From contig NW_026250406.1 of assembly GCF_024521635.1 (NCBI RefSeq), positions 1,364,001-1,428,000 of the forward strand: 64,000 bases of DNA, given 5' to 3'. The translations under genes and the position numbers were made by a program. Shown piece after piece: positions 24,751-37,529 of the stretch. Position 1 is the stretch's first letter. Each line of letters starts with the position of its first letter. Below the pieces are notes generated by a model. It saw only the letters and a list, made by a program, of their open reading frames with translations, searched no databases and had not been told where the DNA came from. This DNA comes from Tricharina praecox (taxonomy: Eukaryota).

Positions 24751-26553
24751 TATTAATTGTGGTGGTGGGCGCTTCGGTTGGTTTTATTTTGCGACTTATT
24801 CGATGTGGATTATCCGGCGGTTGGTGGTGTGGGAAGAAGAGAGAGGAAAAGGGAGAGAGAGAAAGAGGAAAAATAGAGAGAAAAGGGTGAGGAGGGAGAG
24901 AAAAAACCGACACTGTGCTTACACTGAATCGCAGTTGAGCTTGTCGCTGCCGTCGAGGCATGCTGTGTCACTCGCTCCGCAGGTGATACTGTGTGAAGCG
25001 CCGTACGAGAACCACCAAGCAGGCTACGACTCGACTGAGCCTAGTCAGTATGTTTTCTCATCAGGATAATGCATGAATCCGTGACTACTAGGAAAATGAG
25101 CGTGGTTGAGTAGGTGGGCAGTACTCACTCGGCCTTCATCCCCGCCGGCACACTTTTTTTTAGTTTATTCATTAATTGCATGCGACATCTCTAGATCATG
25201 GCAATATTTACCCGTGCAGACACCCGTTTCTACTTCATTTTCCAACTCGACTCTCATCGAGCGATCTGGTGTTGCTCTGCCTGCTCTCCGCCCCGGCCCC
25301 CGGCCTGTTGCAACGATGAAGATAGAGCGCACTAAGGAAATGACACTAGGAAAAGACAAATTACGCTCCCACTCCCTAATCGGCACCCCTCGCGCCTCTT
25401 CATCAGGGGGTGCCATAAAGGATTTCTTCCATCGCTACCGTCCGAAATACCTACTCTACCTATTCTAACGCGTGCACTTGTTTGTGCTTGTGCAGAATCA
25501 CTCGCGAGTTCTCCTTTTGTTGTAGCGCACAATGGCCATCTGGTTTAGTCATGCATTCGTATCAACCATATCTCACTCGGACTGGCTCAACATATTCTAG
25601 CGCCTCAGTGCCGAGTGATTGCACAAAAGGTCGCGTGTAGAACTGCCGCAGTGGGGCAGTTGGCGATCGGTCGGTCGCCACACCAGCACAATCACACATA
25701 CGCAATCCCAAATCATCCCGAAGAATAAAACAAAACGCAGCGAGAACTCGTTTGCAACGATTTTTTCTTACGACAACTATGTGACGAGCTGTGCATACTC
25801 CCTTATCGCGACCGTCGGTAGTTATGTCTGTTATAGGTAGGGCCGAATTAGAATGCAGCTTCGCCGGCAAACGCCCAACGCGCGGTGCATATGATTGGGC
25901 ATGTGACATCTCAGCGGATTTTGATTTTCGAAACGAATGCTGTGGTCTCGTTTTGAACCCGTCAGTGATGGTTCCGAAGGCAGACAGTTGACAACCTTTT
26001 TGTGGATTTCTCGGGACAAGACGGGCCGGCGGTAGATTGAGAAGAGAGAAAAAGTCTGCGAATCCGGACGGAAACAAGTCGATTTTAAACTACGAGTGAA
26101 ACAACATCCTATGAAAGAAAACCATCGAAAGAAGAGCGAAAATGCAAAGGCGGTAAAAGTTCGTAAAACACCCGAAGAAATCCCCCTATACCTCAAGAAA
26201 TCCCTGAATAATAACCAGAAAAGTCCCCCTAACACGTCCCATAGCCAGTCCTCTAGATTCCCGAAACCCCAATCCCTTATCCTCCCTCCCATGATGAATT
26301 CCAATTCCCATCGTTCCTCGAAAGTCCTCCCAAATCCTCCCAACCATGATAAATCCCAATTACCATCCTTCCTTGAAAGTCCTCCAGCAAACAAAAATTT
26401 CCCTGAGCGATAATCAGCTCGAAAAAAACATATCCTCCATGGCTATCCCGCAACAATGAAACCGTCACCCCTATATGTATCCACCATAAAGAAATGAAAT
26501 AGCTAATGAGCCCAAAATCGTGAAAGAAATCCTGAAACTGCCTTGCTACCCGA

Positions 26554-29500
26554 TCACTTCAGCAGACAAATACCGCCAGCACCCAACGCAGTTCTAAGCT
26601 CCTTGCACTTGTCTTGGTCATGATTATGCCGCTTCCCACGGACCTTGACCCTGACCGTGACCGTTACCGATTCCTCAGCATCACCTTCCTCGCACACCAC
26701 CTGGAGATTCAAAGTCGGTGTAACTGATGAACCCCCCTTCGCCTGCAATTGACCGAGCAGTGCTTGAAGCTGTTGGATCAGATCCGCCGCGGAGGCGGTA
26801 TCCGGCACGAGCTCGTCTCCACCACCGCAGTCGCACCGGACGAAGCCGTGACCGCACACCTCAGAGGATTCGGAGTGCGCGGCATGGCCGCGAACCGCTA
26901 CGTGGCCGGCGCCTGATCCTGAACCGGAACCGCCACTACCCCCACAAGTTCCGCTGCCTGAGCTGTGGCTACTTCCAGAAGAACCAGAACCGCCACTACC
27001 ACCGCATGTGCCGCTGCCCGAGCCGTGACTGCTACCGGAGGTGTCGCCCCCAGTAGGAGAGAATAGACGCTTTGCTAGGGTCGGAGTCATATTCTTAGGG
27101 ATGACGGGCGGCTGCGTAGGTGTCCAAGGCCGTGTTACCCGCTTGAACTCCGGTGACGCGGGAGGTGTCAATAGATTATTGGGGATAGCCAGTTTGCCGG
27201 GTTTCCTAGGCGGTGTCGTTGGCTCCGCCATGGGAGGAACAGCAGGTTTGTCCATCAGAGTGGTCACAGGCGGGTCCTTAGGAGTAACCACAGGTGCCAC
27301 AGGCTTGTCCTCGGGAGTAGTCACCGGCTTGTCCTTAGGAGTGATCGCCGGTGGGTCCTTAGGAGTGTCCACAGGTGCGGGAGGCTTGTCGTCGGGAGTG
27401 GTCGCCGACGGGTCCTTAGGAGTAACCACAGGTGCCACAGGCTTGTCCTCGGGAGTAGTCACCGGCTCGTCCTTGGGAGTGATCGCCGGTGGGTCCTTAG
27501 GAGTGTCCACAGGTGCGAGAGGCTTGTCATCGGGAGTGGTCGCCGGCGGGTCCTTAGGAGTAACCACAGGTGCCACAGGCTTGTCGTCGGGAGTGGCCAC
27601 CGGCTTCACTTCGGGAGTGTCCACAGGATCGTCCTTGGGAGTGACAGGCTCGTCCTTCGACGGTGTCGCCGGCGTGTCTACCTTCGGCGCGTCGTCCTTC
27701 GGTGGTGGCGTAACCGGCTCATCTTCCTCAGGCGGTGGCGTAGCGGGCTTCTCTTTCTTCGGTACCTCCGGGTCTTCATCCTTCAGCGGCGGTGTGACCG
27801 GTTTAATCTCCTTCGGTGCTTGGGTAATCGGTAGATCCACCTTCGGTACCTCCGGTTCGTCTTCCTTCGTCGGCGGCGTGACCGGTTCAGCTGCCTTAGG
27901 GGGCGGGACAGCTGGTTCAGTTTTCTTGGGCGGCGGTGTGACCGGCTCATCTTCCTTCGGGACGTCCGGCGCGTCCACTTTCGGGACTTCCGGCGCATCC
28001 ACTTTCGGTATCTCCGGCGCGTCGTCTTTCGGTGGTAGTGGCATGACTGATGCGTTCACCTTCGGTACCTCAGGCTCCTCATCCTTGATCGCGTTAGCAA
28101 ACTCACGATATTTTGAGGATAATTCAAGGGCATCTTCTACCTTTGGTGGAGTGATCGGTTCCTCTTCCTTGGGAGGCGGCGTAACCGGCTCCTCTTCCTT
28201 ATTAGGTGGTGTGATCGGCAAATCCACCTTCGGTACCTCCGGCGCATCCACCTTCGGCACCTCTGGCACATCCACCTTAGGTGGCAGTGCGATCGGGTCT
28301 ACCGCCTTGGGAGGTAGTGCGACCGGCTCATCGTCATTTGGCGGGAGTTTTGCCGGCTCGTCGTCCTTCGGCGGTGTCATGACGGGCATATCCACCTTCG
28401 GTACCTCTGACACATCATCTCCAGGGGGCGGTGCGATCACCTCAGGCACATCGACCTTCGGTACCTCCGGCGTATCCTCCTTAGGCGGCGGTGCGGCTGG
28501 TTCATCTTCCTTGGGCGGCGGTGTGGCCGGCGTATCTACCTTTGGCGCGTCGACCTTCGGTGATGGCACAATCGGCTCCTGTTCCTTCGCCGGCGGTGTG
28601 ACTGGTTCATCGTTCTTGGGAGGCGGGGTGACCGGCTCGCTCTCCTTCGGTGCTTCCAGCGCATCCACCTTCGGCACCTCGGGCTTGTCCTCCTTTGGTG
28701 GTGGCGCGACCAGCTCCTCTTCCTTAGGTGGCGTAATCAGCTCATCAACCTCCGGCTCGTCGGCCGTCGGTGGTGGTGGCGTGACTGGTGTGTCCACCTG
28801 CGGCGGCTTAGGCTCCTCATCCTTCTCCGAGTCAGCGAACGCAAGATATCTTGAGGATATAACCAGGGAATATTTTACCTTTGGTGGAGTGATTGGCTTG
28901 GCTTCCTTAGGTGGCGGTGTCACTGACGCGTCCTCCTTCGGTGGTGGCACAACCGGCGCATCATCCTTAGGTGGCGGTGTTGCCGGCATGTCTTCCTTCG
29001 GTACTTCCAGCTCATCCACCTCCGGTACCTTCGGCGCGTCGACCTTTGGCGGTGGTGTGACCGGCTCCTCTTCCTTAGAAGGCGGCGTAACACGCTCATC
29101 CTCCTTAGGCGGCGGGGTGATCGGCTCGTCTTCCTTCGGTGGTGGCGTGACCGGCTCGATCTCTTTAGGTGGCGGCACGACGGGCTCAACCACCTTGGGC
29201 GGCCTGATCGGCTCGGCTTCTTTAGGTGGCGGGACGATTGGCTCATCTTCTTTAGACAGGGGTGTCAATGGCTCAACATCCTTAAGCGGCGTCAGTGGTT
29301 CGACGTCGTTAGGTGGTAGCACGACGGGCTCAACCCCTTCAGGCGGCGTGACCGGCTCTTCCTCCTTCTGTGGCGGCACCACTGTCTCCTCCTCCTTCGG
29401 TGGTGGCGTAACAGGCTCATCCTCCTTAGGCGGCGGGGTGATCGGCTCGTCTTCCTTCGGTGGTGGCGTGACCGGCTCGACCTCTTTAAGTGGCGGCAAG

Positions 29501-32500
29501 ACGGGCTCAACCACCTTGGGCGGCGTGATCGACTCGGCTTCTTTAGATGGCGGGGCGATTGGTTCATCTTCTTTAGACAGGGGTGTCAATGGCTCAACAT
29601 CCTTAGGTGGTAGCTCGACGGGCTCAACTCCTTCAGGCGGCGTGACCGGCTCTTCCTCCTTCGGTGGCGGCACCACTGTCTCCTCCTCCTTCGGTGGTGG
29701 CGGGACAGGCTCGGCGTCCTTAGGCGGCACGACGGGCTCATCCTCCTTAGGTGGCGGCGTCAACGGCTCGACTTCTTTCGGTGGTGGCGTCACCGGCTCC
29801 TCTTCCTTCGGCGGCCGCACCACTGGCTCATCCTCCTTAGGCGGCGCGGCTGTCTCATCTGCATTAGGCGGCTGGACGTCTTTAGGCGGCATCACCGGCT
29901 CGTCTTCCTTAGGCGGCGGCATGATCGGCTCATCTTCCTTAGGTGATGGTGTGACCGGTGCATCAACCACTGGCTGAACATCCTTCGGGGGTGGCGTGAC
30001 AGGCTCATCATCCTTTGGTGGCGGAGCGACCGGGTCCTCTACCTCGGGCTCAACCTCCACAGGCGGCGGCGTGACTAGCGTATCAACAACCGGCTCGTCC
30101 TCCTTAGGCGGCGGTGTTGCCGGCGTATCCACAACCGGTTCAGCCTCCTCAGGTGGCGGTGTGACTGGATCCTCTTGCCTTGGTGGTGGTGGGACGGCAT
30201 CCGCTTCCTTGGGTTGCGGGATGACTGGCTCCAATTCCTTAGGCGGCGGCGTGACTGGTTCGTCTTCCTTAGGAGGAGCAACCGGCGCATCATCCTTCGG
30301 TGGTAGTGCAACAAGATCTGCTTCTTTAGGTGGCGGCACGACGGGCTCATCCACCTTGGGTACCTCTGGCGCATCCTCTTTATGCGGCGGCGTCACTGGC
30401 TCCTCTTCCTTCGGTGGTGGCACGGCGGGCTCAACCTCCTTAGCCGGCGTAACCAGCTCATCGACCTTCGATATCTCCGGCTCGTCGTCCTTTGGTGGTG
30501 GCGTGACTGGCTCGTCCACCTCCGGGTCCTTAGGCTCGGCGAGCGGCGGCAGGATAGGAGGCTTCTCATCCTAAGCCGGGTCAGCAAACGCACGATATCT
30601 TGAGGATAGCACAGGGGCATCTTTTACCTTTGGTGGACTGGTTGGCTCAACGTGCTTAGGCGCCGGTGGCACCGGCACATCCAATTTGGGCACATCCGGA
30701 ACATCTACCCTCAGTACCTCCGGCACATCTACCTCCGGTAACTCCCGCACATCGTCCTTGAGTGGTGGTAGGACGGTATCAGCTTCCTTGGGTGGTGGAA
30801 CGACCGGCTCCGCTTCCTTAGGTGGTGGTGGAACTGGATCCGCTTCTTTAGGTGGCGGCACGACGTGCTCCTCCTCCTTCGGTGGTGGCATGACCGGCTC
30901 CTCTTCCTTCGGCGGCGGCACCTCCGGCTCATCCTGCTTAGGCGGCGGCGTGATCGGCTTGACTTCCTTAGGAGGCGGCACGACAGGCGCATCTAGCGGC
31001 GGCTCATCATCCTTCGGTCGTGGCGTCACCGGCTCCTCTTCCTTCGGCGGCCGCACCTCCGGCTCATCCTGCTTAGGTGGCGGCGTGATCGGCTCGACTT
31101 CCTTAGGAGGCGGCACGACAGGCGCATCTAGCGGCGGCTCATCATCCTTCGGTGGCGGCGTCACCGGCTCCTCTTCCTTCGGCGGCCGCACCACTGGCTC
31201 ATCCTCCTTCGGCGGCGGCACCTCCGGCTCATCCTGCTTAGGCGGCGGCGTGATTGGCTCGACTTCTTTCGACGGTGGCACGACGGGCTCAACCTCCTTA
31301 GGCGGCGTGATCGGCTTGACATCTTTCGGTGGCGGCACAACGGGCTCATCTTCCTTCGGTGGTAGCGTCACCGGTTCCTCTTCCTTCTGTGGCGGCACTA
31401 CGGGCTCAACCTCCTGAGGCGGCGTGATCGGCTCGACATCTTTCGGTGGCGGCACAACGGGCTCATCTTCCTTCGGTGGTGGCGTCGCCGGTTCCTCTTC
31501 CTTCGGTGGCGGCACCTCTGGCTCATCTTGCTTAGACGGCGGCGTGATCGGCTCGACTTCTTTCGGCGGTGGCACGACGGGCTCATCTTCCTTCGGTGGC
31601 GGTACGGCGGGCTCAACCTCCTTAGACGGCGCAATCGGCTCATCTTCTTTCGGTGGTGGCGTAACAGGCTCCTCTGCCTCAGGCGGCGGCGTGACCGGCT
31701 CATCTTCTTTAAGTGGCGGTAACACGGGCTCATCCTGCTTAGGCGGCGGTGTTAACGGCTCGACTTCCTTCGGCGGCGGCACGACGGGCGCAACCTCCTT
31801 AGGCGGCGTGATCGGTTCGACTTCCTTAGGAGGCGGCACGACAGGCGCATCTAGCGGCGGCTCATCATCCTTCGGTGGTGGCGTCGCCGGCTCCTCTTCC
31901 TTCGGTGGCGGCACCTTTGGCTCATCCTCCTTCGGTGGCGGCGTGACCGGCTCCTCTTCTTTCGGTGGTGGCACGACCGGCTCTTCTTCCTTCGGTGGCG
32001 GCAAGACGGGCTCAACCTCCTTCGGCGGCGTCACCGGCTCGACCTCTTTGGGTGGCTGCACCACTGGCTCTTCCTCCTTCGGCGGCGGCACGACGGGCTC
32101 AACCTCCTTCGGCGGCACAATTGGCTCGGCCTGTTTAGGTGGCGGCAGGACGGGCTCAACCTCGTTGGGAGGTGGCGTGACTAGATCCGCTTGCTTAGGT
32201 GGCGGCACAACGGGGGCATCCTCCTTTGGAGCTGGCGTGACTGGATCCGCTTCTTTAGGAGGCGTCACAGGCTCAACCTCCTTAGGCGTCACGATGGGCT
32301 GAACCTCCTTAGGCGGCGCGATCGGCTCCTCTTCCTTCGGCGGCCGCACCACTGGCTCATCCTCCTTAGGCGGCGGCGTGATTGGCTCGACTTCTTTCGA
32401 CGGTGGCACGACGGGCTCAACCTCCTTAGGCGGCGCGATAGGCTCTTCCTGCTTCGGTGGTGGGGTAACTGTATCGGCTTCTTTCGGTGGCGGCACAACG

Positions 32501-35482
32501 GGCTCATCTTCCTTCGGTGGTGGCGTCACCGGTTCCTCTTCCTTCGGTGGCGTCACGACGGGCTCATCCTCCTTAGGCAGTGTGACCGGCGCTTCCTCTT
32601 TTGGCGGCGGCACGATCGACTCATCTTCCTTCGGTGGTGGCGTGACCGGCTCTTCCACCTTCGGAACCTCCGGCTCCACCTCCTTCGGCGTCACGATCGG
32701 CGCATCTTCTTTCGGTGGTGGGGTGACTGGGTCCGCTTGTTTAGGTGGCGGCACGACGGGCTCATCTTCCTTAGGCGGCGCGATAGGCTCTTCCTCCTTC
32801 GGTGGTGGGGTGACTGGATCGGCTTCTTTTGTTGGCGGCACGACGGGCTCATCGTCCTCAGGCGGCGGTGTCACCAGCTCGACGTCTTTCGGTGGCGGCA
32901 CCACTGGCTCATCCTTCGGTAGTGGCGTGACCGGCTCGACTTCCTTCGGTGGCGGCAGGACGGGCTCAATCTCCTTGAGCGGCGCGATCGGCTCTGCCTC
33001 CTTCGGTGGCAGCGTAACTAGATCCGCTTCTTTAGGCGGCGGCACGACAGGCTCAACCTCCTTAGGCGGCACGATCGGCTCTTCGTCCTTCGGGGGCGGT
33101 AGGACGGGCTCAACCTCTTTAAGCGGCGGCGTCAATGGCTCGACCTCTTTCGGTGGCGGCACGACGGGCTCTTCTTCCTTCGGTGGTGGGATCACCGGCT
33201 CAACTTCCTTGGGTGGCAGTACGACGGGCTCAACGTCCTTAGGCGGCGTCACCGGCTCCTCATCCTCCGATGGTGGCGTAACAGGCTCCGCTACGTCCTG
33301 CGACGGCACTACGGGTTCTGCCTCCATGGGCGGCGGCGCGACTGGCTCCTCAGGCGCTTTCGGTAATGCCGGAGTATCTTTCGGCACTTCCGGCACTTCC
33401 GGCACCTCCGGCACTTCCGGCTTGGGTGTCTCCACAGGGGCCTTCACTGGCTCTTCAGGAGCTTTAGGTGGTGCCGGAGTATCCCTAGGAGTCTCTCCCG
33501 GTGGGGATGAAGGAACTTCAGGTGTGTCCGCAAGGGGCTTCACTGGCTCCTCCGGCACCGTGGGTGGATTGACAGGCTCCTCAGGAGTTTTCGGTGGTGC
33601 TGGTGTATCTTTCGGTACCTCTGGCTCGGCTGGTTTTGGCGTCTCCACAGGCGACTTCACTGGCTCTTCAGGAGCCTTAGGTTCTGGCAGAGTATCCTTA
33701 GGTGTGTCTACCGGTGGCACTGGGAGAACGTCAGGGCTTTCCGCGGGTGGTTTCACCAGCTCCGTCGGCGGCTTCGGAGTCTCCACCAATGGCGGCGGCG
33801 TTTCCCCGATCGGCAGCGACTCCCTCGGCGTTTCCGGCGGGGGCATCGGAAGTTTCTTCTCCTCCAGTACCGGCGGGGGCGGGGGCGGGGGCAGCAATTC
33901 GACTTTGACATTATCAAAGTCCTTATTAAACAGCTCCTTGATGATATCCTGGACCTTATTTTTCTGTTTCTCAAAGTCTGCAGCTGCATCACCATCGACG
34001 GCGGCTACGAGCTGCAGCTTGACAACCATGATCATCGGCCCCAGAGACGTGATCGATACCGCATTGTTGATGTCTGGAAGCTCCTTGTCCGCGCCCGAGC
34101 AGCACTTGGATGACTTGCAGCTGGTGCACCCCGACGCCTTGCGCGGTGGGCAGCACCCCTTGCCGTGACAGTAGTGCCAGGTTGGCTCACCGAGTTCTAT
34201 GGGCGAGTGGGAGTGGCTGTCCTCGTGGGAGTGGTTGTCTGACTGGGAGTGACCCTCCGAGTGGGAGTGGCCCTTCGAGTGGGAGTAGCTCTCCTCATGG
34301 GAGTGGGAGTGGGAATGTGATTGTGAATGAAAGTGGGATTCCGAGTGGGAATGGGATTCTGAATGGGATTGTGCATGGGAACGTGATTGGGAGAGGCAAT
34401 GGGATTCCGACTGGGACTGCTCGTGGTTGTGTTCTGGAGAGATGTCAGCACCACCGCCCAACTATGTCTGGGGATTGTATTGACCGACCTGTACTGTACT
34501 CCGCCTCCCTCGTCTGCATCACCGGTACCGGCAACCTCACCAGCTCTAGCTCCTCTTCCTTCTCCATCTCCGGCACCTCCCTGGGCACCTCCACGCTCTC
34601 CACGCTCTCCACCTGCTCATCGCTACTATACTCTACCGGCTCAATCTCATCCCCGGTCGAGGGCGCATCACCATCGGAGTCGTCCGAGTCGTCATCCGCA
34701 CTCTCTTCAGACTCCTCACACCTGTCGGCGTCGATAGTGTGCTTCACCCATCGCCGCAGATTGTCGATCGAGAGGTAATACGCCCGGTCGGGGTGTATGT
34801 CCAGGTCGTCGAAAGCGTCGCCGAACATCTCCTTAACGGTGAGCTTGATCGCCTGCAGCGGGCGGTCGTAGTTTTCTTCCATATCCATGGCCTTTTCACG
34901 CACTCATCAGCCGCCGCCTCTCCACACCAGTGTCTCCACGCCAGTTTCTCCACGCAGGTAACATACCAACTCCTGCACCAGTTTCCCGCCGATGACGACT
35001 GGTCCATCGTCATCCTCCTCCTCGCCCAGCTGGGGCTCATACGCCTCCAGCGTGCACGCCACGACGTCCTCGCTCAGCTCCGTGAACACGAGCAGGATGA
35101 CCTTCCGCACCGTGCGCGCGCTGCACGACATCCACGCGTGCATCTCTGACAGCAGCTGGTCGCGCTGCGCGATCCACGCCGAGAGGACAACTACCGTTGG
35201 GTACTCGCTCTCCGAGGGCCGGAGGCCCACGTCGTGTTCCGGGCGTGGAACGCCGGGGAGGGAGAGTGTTTTGTAGACTATGGGGGAACGGGGGTTAGTG
35301 AGCCAGGCTGCGAGGAGAGGAGGGGAGACTTTGACAGTACCGTTCCCACTCCAGTGCCGTAGCTCGTCGGCATCCTGCGGCGATAGCACCTCGAGCTTGA
35401 CGAAGTTTGCCTTCTCGTCGAAGAACCACCTGTGCGGCGCCATTTTTGCAACCGTCGACGCCATAGCCATGGTTTCAGACAT
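26554..35482 (-). CDS. Giant (~2,850 aa) protein: degenerate PD-(D/E)XK/Uma2-like N-terminal domain, His/Ser-rich and Cys-rich segments, very long Pro/Glu/Val/Lys repeat region, Gly/Ser/Cys tail
   Basis: Proposed introns 35278-35340 (weak donor), 34892-34966, 34434-34488, 30571-30627, 28822-28878 and 28084-28140 join the ORFs 34907-35482, 34445-34903, 30571-34461 and 26554-30519 in frame. Repeat unit is PPPKE(E/D)EPV(T/V). Confidence 0.8.
27250..33750 (-). repeat. Coding minisatellite (mostly 27-30 bp units, PPPKEEEPVT-like)
   Basis: Well over a hundred degenerate units visible in the translation, with higher-order duplicated blocks. Confidence 0.9.
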
Positions 35483-37529
35483 TGGGAGGAATTTTCGGGG
35501 GTTGAAGGTGCGTTCTGAGGGTTTCCTGGCCCAACCGTGCGAGTGCGAGTGCGTACGTTACTGCAGCTATACCGAACAGAACATCGGCGGTATTTATCGA
35601 TTGAGGACGAAATGCCTCCTCGCCGCGAACACTCGGTCTCGAGGTGGTGGTGGAGGCGGTTTCGCGGCCGCAGTCATTCTACGGGCACTACGAGCACTAT
35701 TCCGAGGCTAGTCATGCCAGGCTAGGCTAGAGGTCCAAGCAAGCAAGCAAGCAGCGATCATCACCATGTCGTGCCTCTGCGCCTCTCTCTATGCCTCTTT
35801 ACGAGCGTTCGAGACAAAAACACATTCACGAAGTTCCGCCTGACGAAACCGATCCGCTGTGCCTCAAGGAATCACGCCAATCATCACCGCCGCTTCAAAA
35901 AAGAGGCGTAATTTCTTCCCCGAGAGCCTCATTTCCAATATCGATGCAAATGCAAGGCTGCTGTTTCTGCGGCGCACTGAGCTCCTAGCTGGACAGTGGA
36001 AGCAATTTGTTAGTCAGCGTGACGACGACGACGATGCGATACGATAGGAACGACAGAAATTGGAGGAACAATCACCACCCTGCTCGGCGCTGCATCAATC
36101 TACCTTCTGGGATCAATCGAGACCGACCCATTCAATTCGCGCCGCCTCGAGCAATCCCAGCAACCAGCATGTCTGTCTATCGAAGAAGCATATAGCGCTG
36201 GCCTATCCATGCACCCCGGACATCGCTTTAGTTACTGTACTTTAGTTACGTGTCAGCACAGGAGTCGAGAGAGGCCGCTCTTTTGAGCCGCAGTGCGGGG
36301 TAAGGTAGGTTACTCCAGCGATAAGCTGAAGTCACAGTGCAGGCAGCGTCGTCATCGTATCGTGGTTATCCGGCACCTGAAACCTGGACTGTCGGAGTTC
36401 TCGACTACTTGCCGCAGGCGAGGACGGAGAATGAGAGTACCGACTCCTGCTCCTGCTCCTGCAGCAGCTCCAGTATTTGATTCGCAACGTGGGGCGGCGT
36501 GGAATGTCTGTCTGCCTGTAGGATACTGGCGGGGGATGGGGAGGTGTTGGTGGGGGCCGCGTCTGGGGTGATGGATGTCGATCCGAGCAGAAAACCAACC
36601 CTAACCGCAGGTGCGCCGCGGCTTTGGAGTGGCCAGCTTGCCGAAATTCGTGCATCGCCAGACAGACGTCGACGACGACAAGGCGACGACGATGATACGA
36701 CAAGGACACGCCTAGAGTACGCTCACGTTCGTCCCAACCCAACGCTGCTGATGCACTGCTGCACAGTGACGGCATATCAGCTCCGTTCGTATCGGTCGGT
36801 ATCGGAGATCGAAATAATGTCCGGCGCTTTCGATCCGGCGTGTGCACCCTCACTCTGCGGACTCTGCGGACTCTGCACACTCTGCACACTCTGCACACTC
36901 TGACTACACTGCGCACACTGTAACTACGAGAATGGGCAGAAAGATGTGCTTATCGAGCGCGATAGTCCCCCCACACGGGAAGGACAAAGTTCGCTCCCCC
37001 ACCCCCCGCCCATACGCGTCAAGAAGTTCTTTCTGCACCCTACCTTGGCCATAGTAGCAGCCGGCAGCCAGCAGCCAGCTTGTCGGGGCGGGCGGGGCGA
37101 TATCCTCCTAACTGGGCCTGCGCTTCTGGGCTGCATCGATCTTGCGAGGAGCAGAAAAAATCTTCGTGGGCGGCAGGCCGCGAGCGCGAGGAAATATATC
37201 TATGTAGTTTGGCCAATCTTCCCACCTGCTTGATCCCCCCAGTGTTCACTGTGCTCGTCGTCGTCGTCGTCCTTCGAGGTCAGCTAGTAGCAGCACCAAG
37301 CAGCAAGCAGAGGCAAGCAGAGGCATGAGCAGCTGAGGGACATCGCCACATCCATCCACACACACACACGTCCAATCCCAACCCAACCCATCAAATCCTC
37401 CGCACCACTCGCTCTTCCACACCATACCATACCAGTTCCCACACACCTACCATCTTCTAGTACCATCCCCAACCCCATCCCCAACCCCATCCCCAACCCC
37501 ATCCCCAACCTCATCCCAGGAGCGCAGCC

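Noticed and set aside
29000..33300. CRISPR-like or non-coding satellite interpretation of the 30-bp repeats
   Set aside because: No unique spacers; variation preserves the reading frame, so the repeats are coding.
27041..34168. Very long plus-strand Gly/Ser/Thr-rich ORFs (978, 596, 292 aa and others)
   Set aside because: Antisense shadows of the Pro/Glu/Lys repeats. Splice signals and the non-repeat domains support the minus strand.
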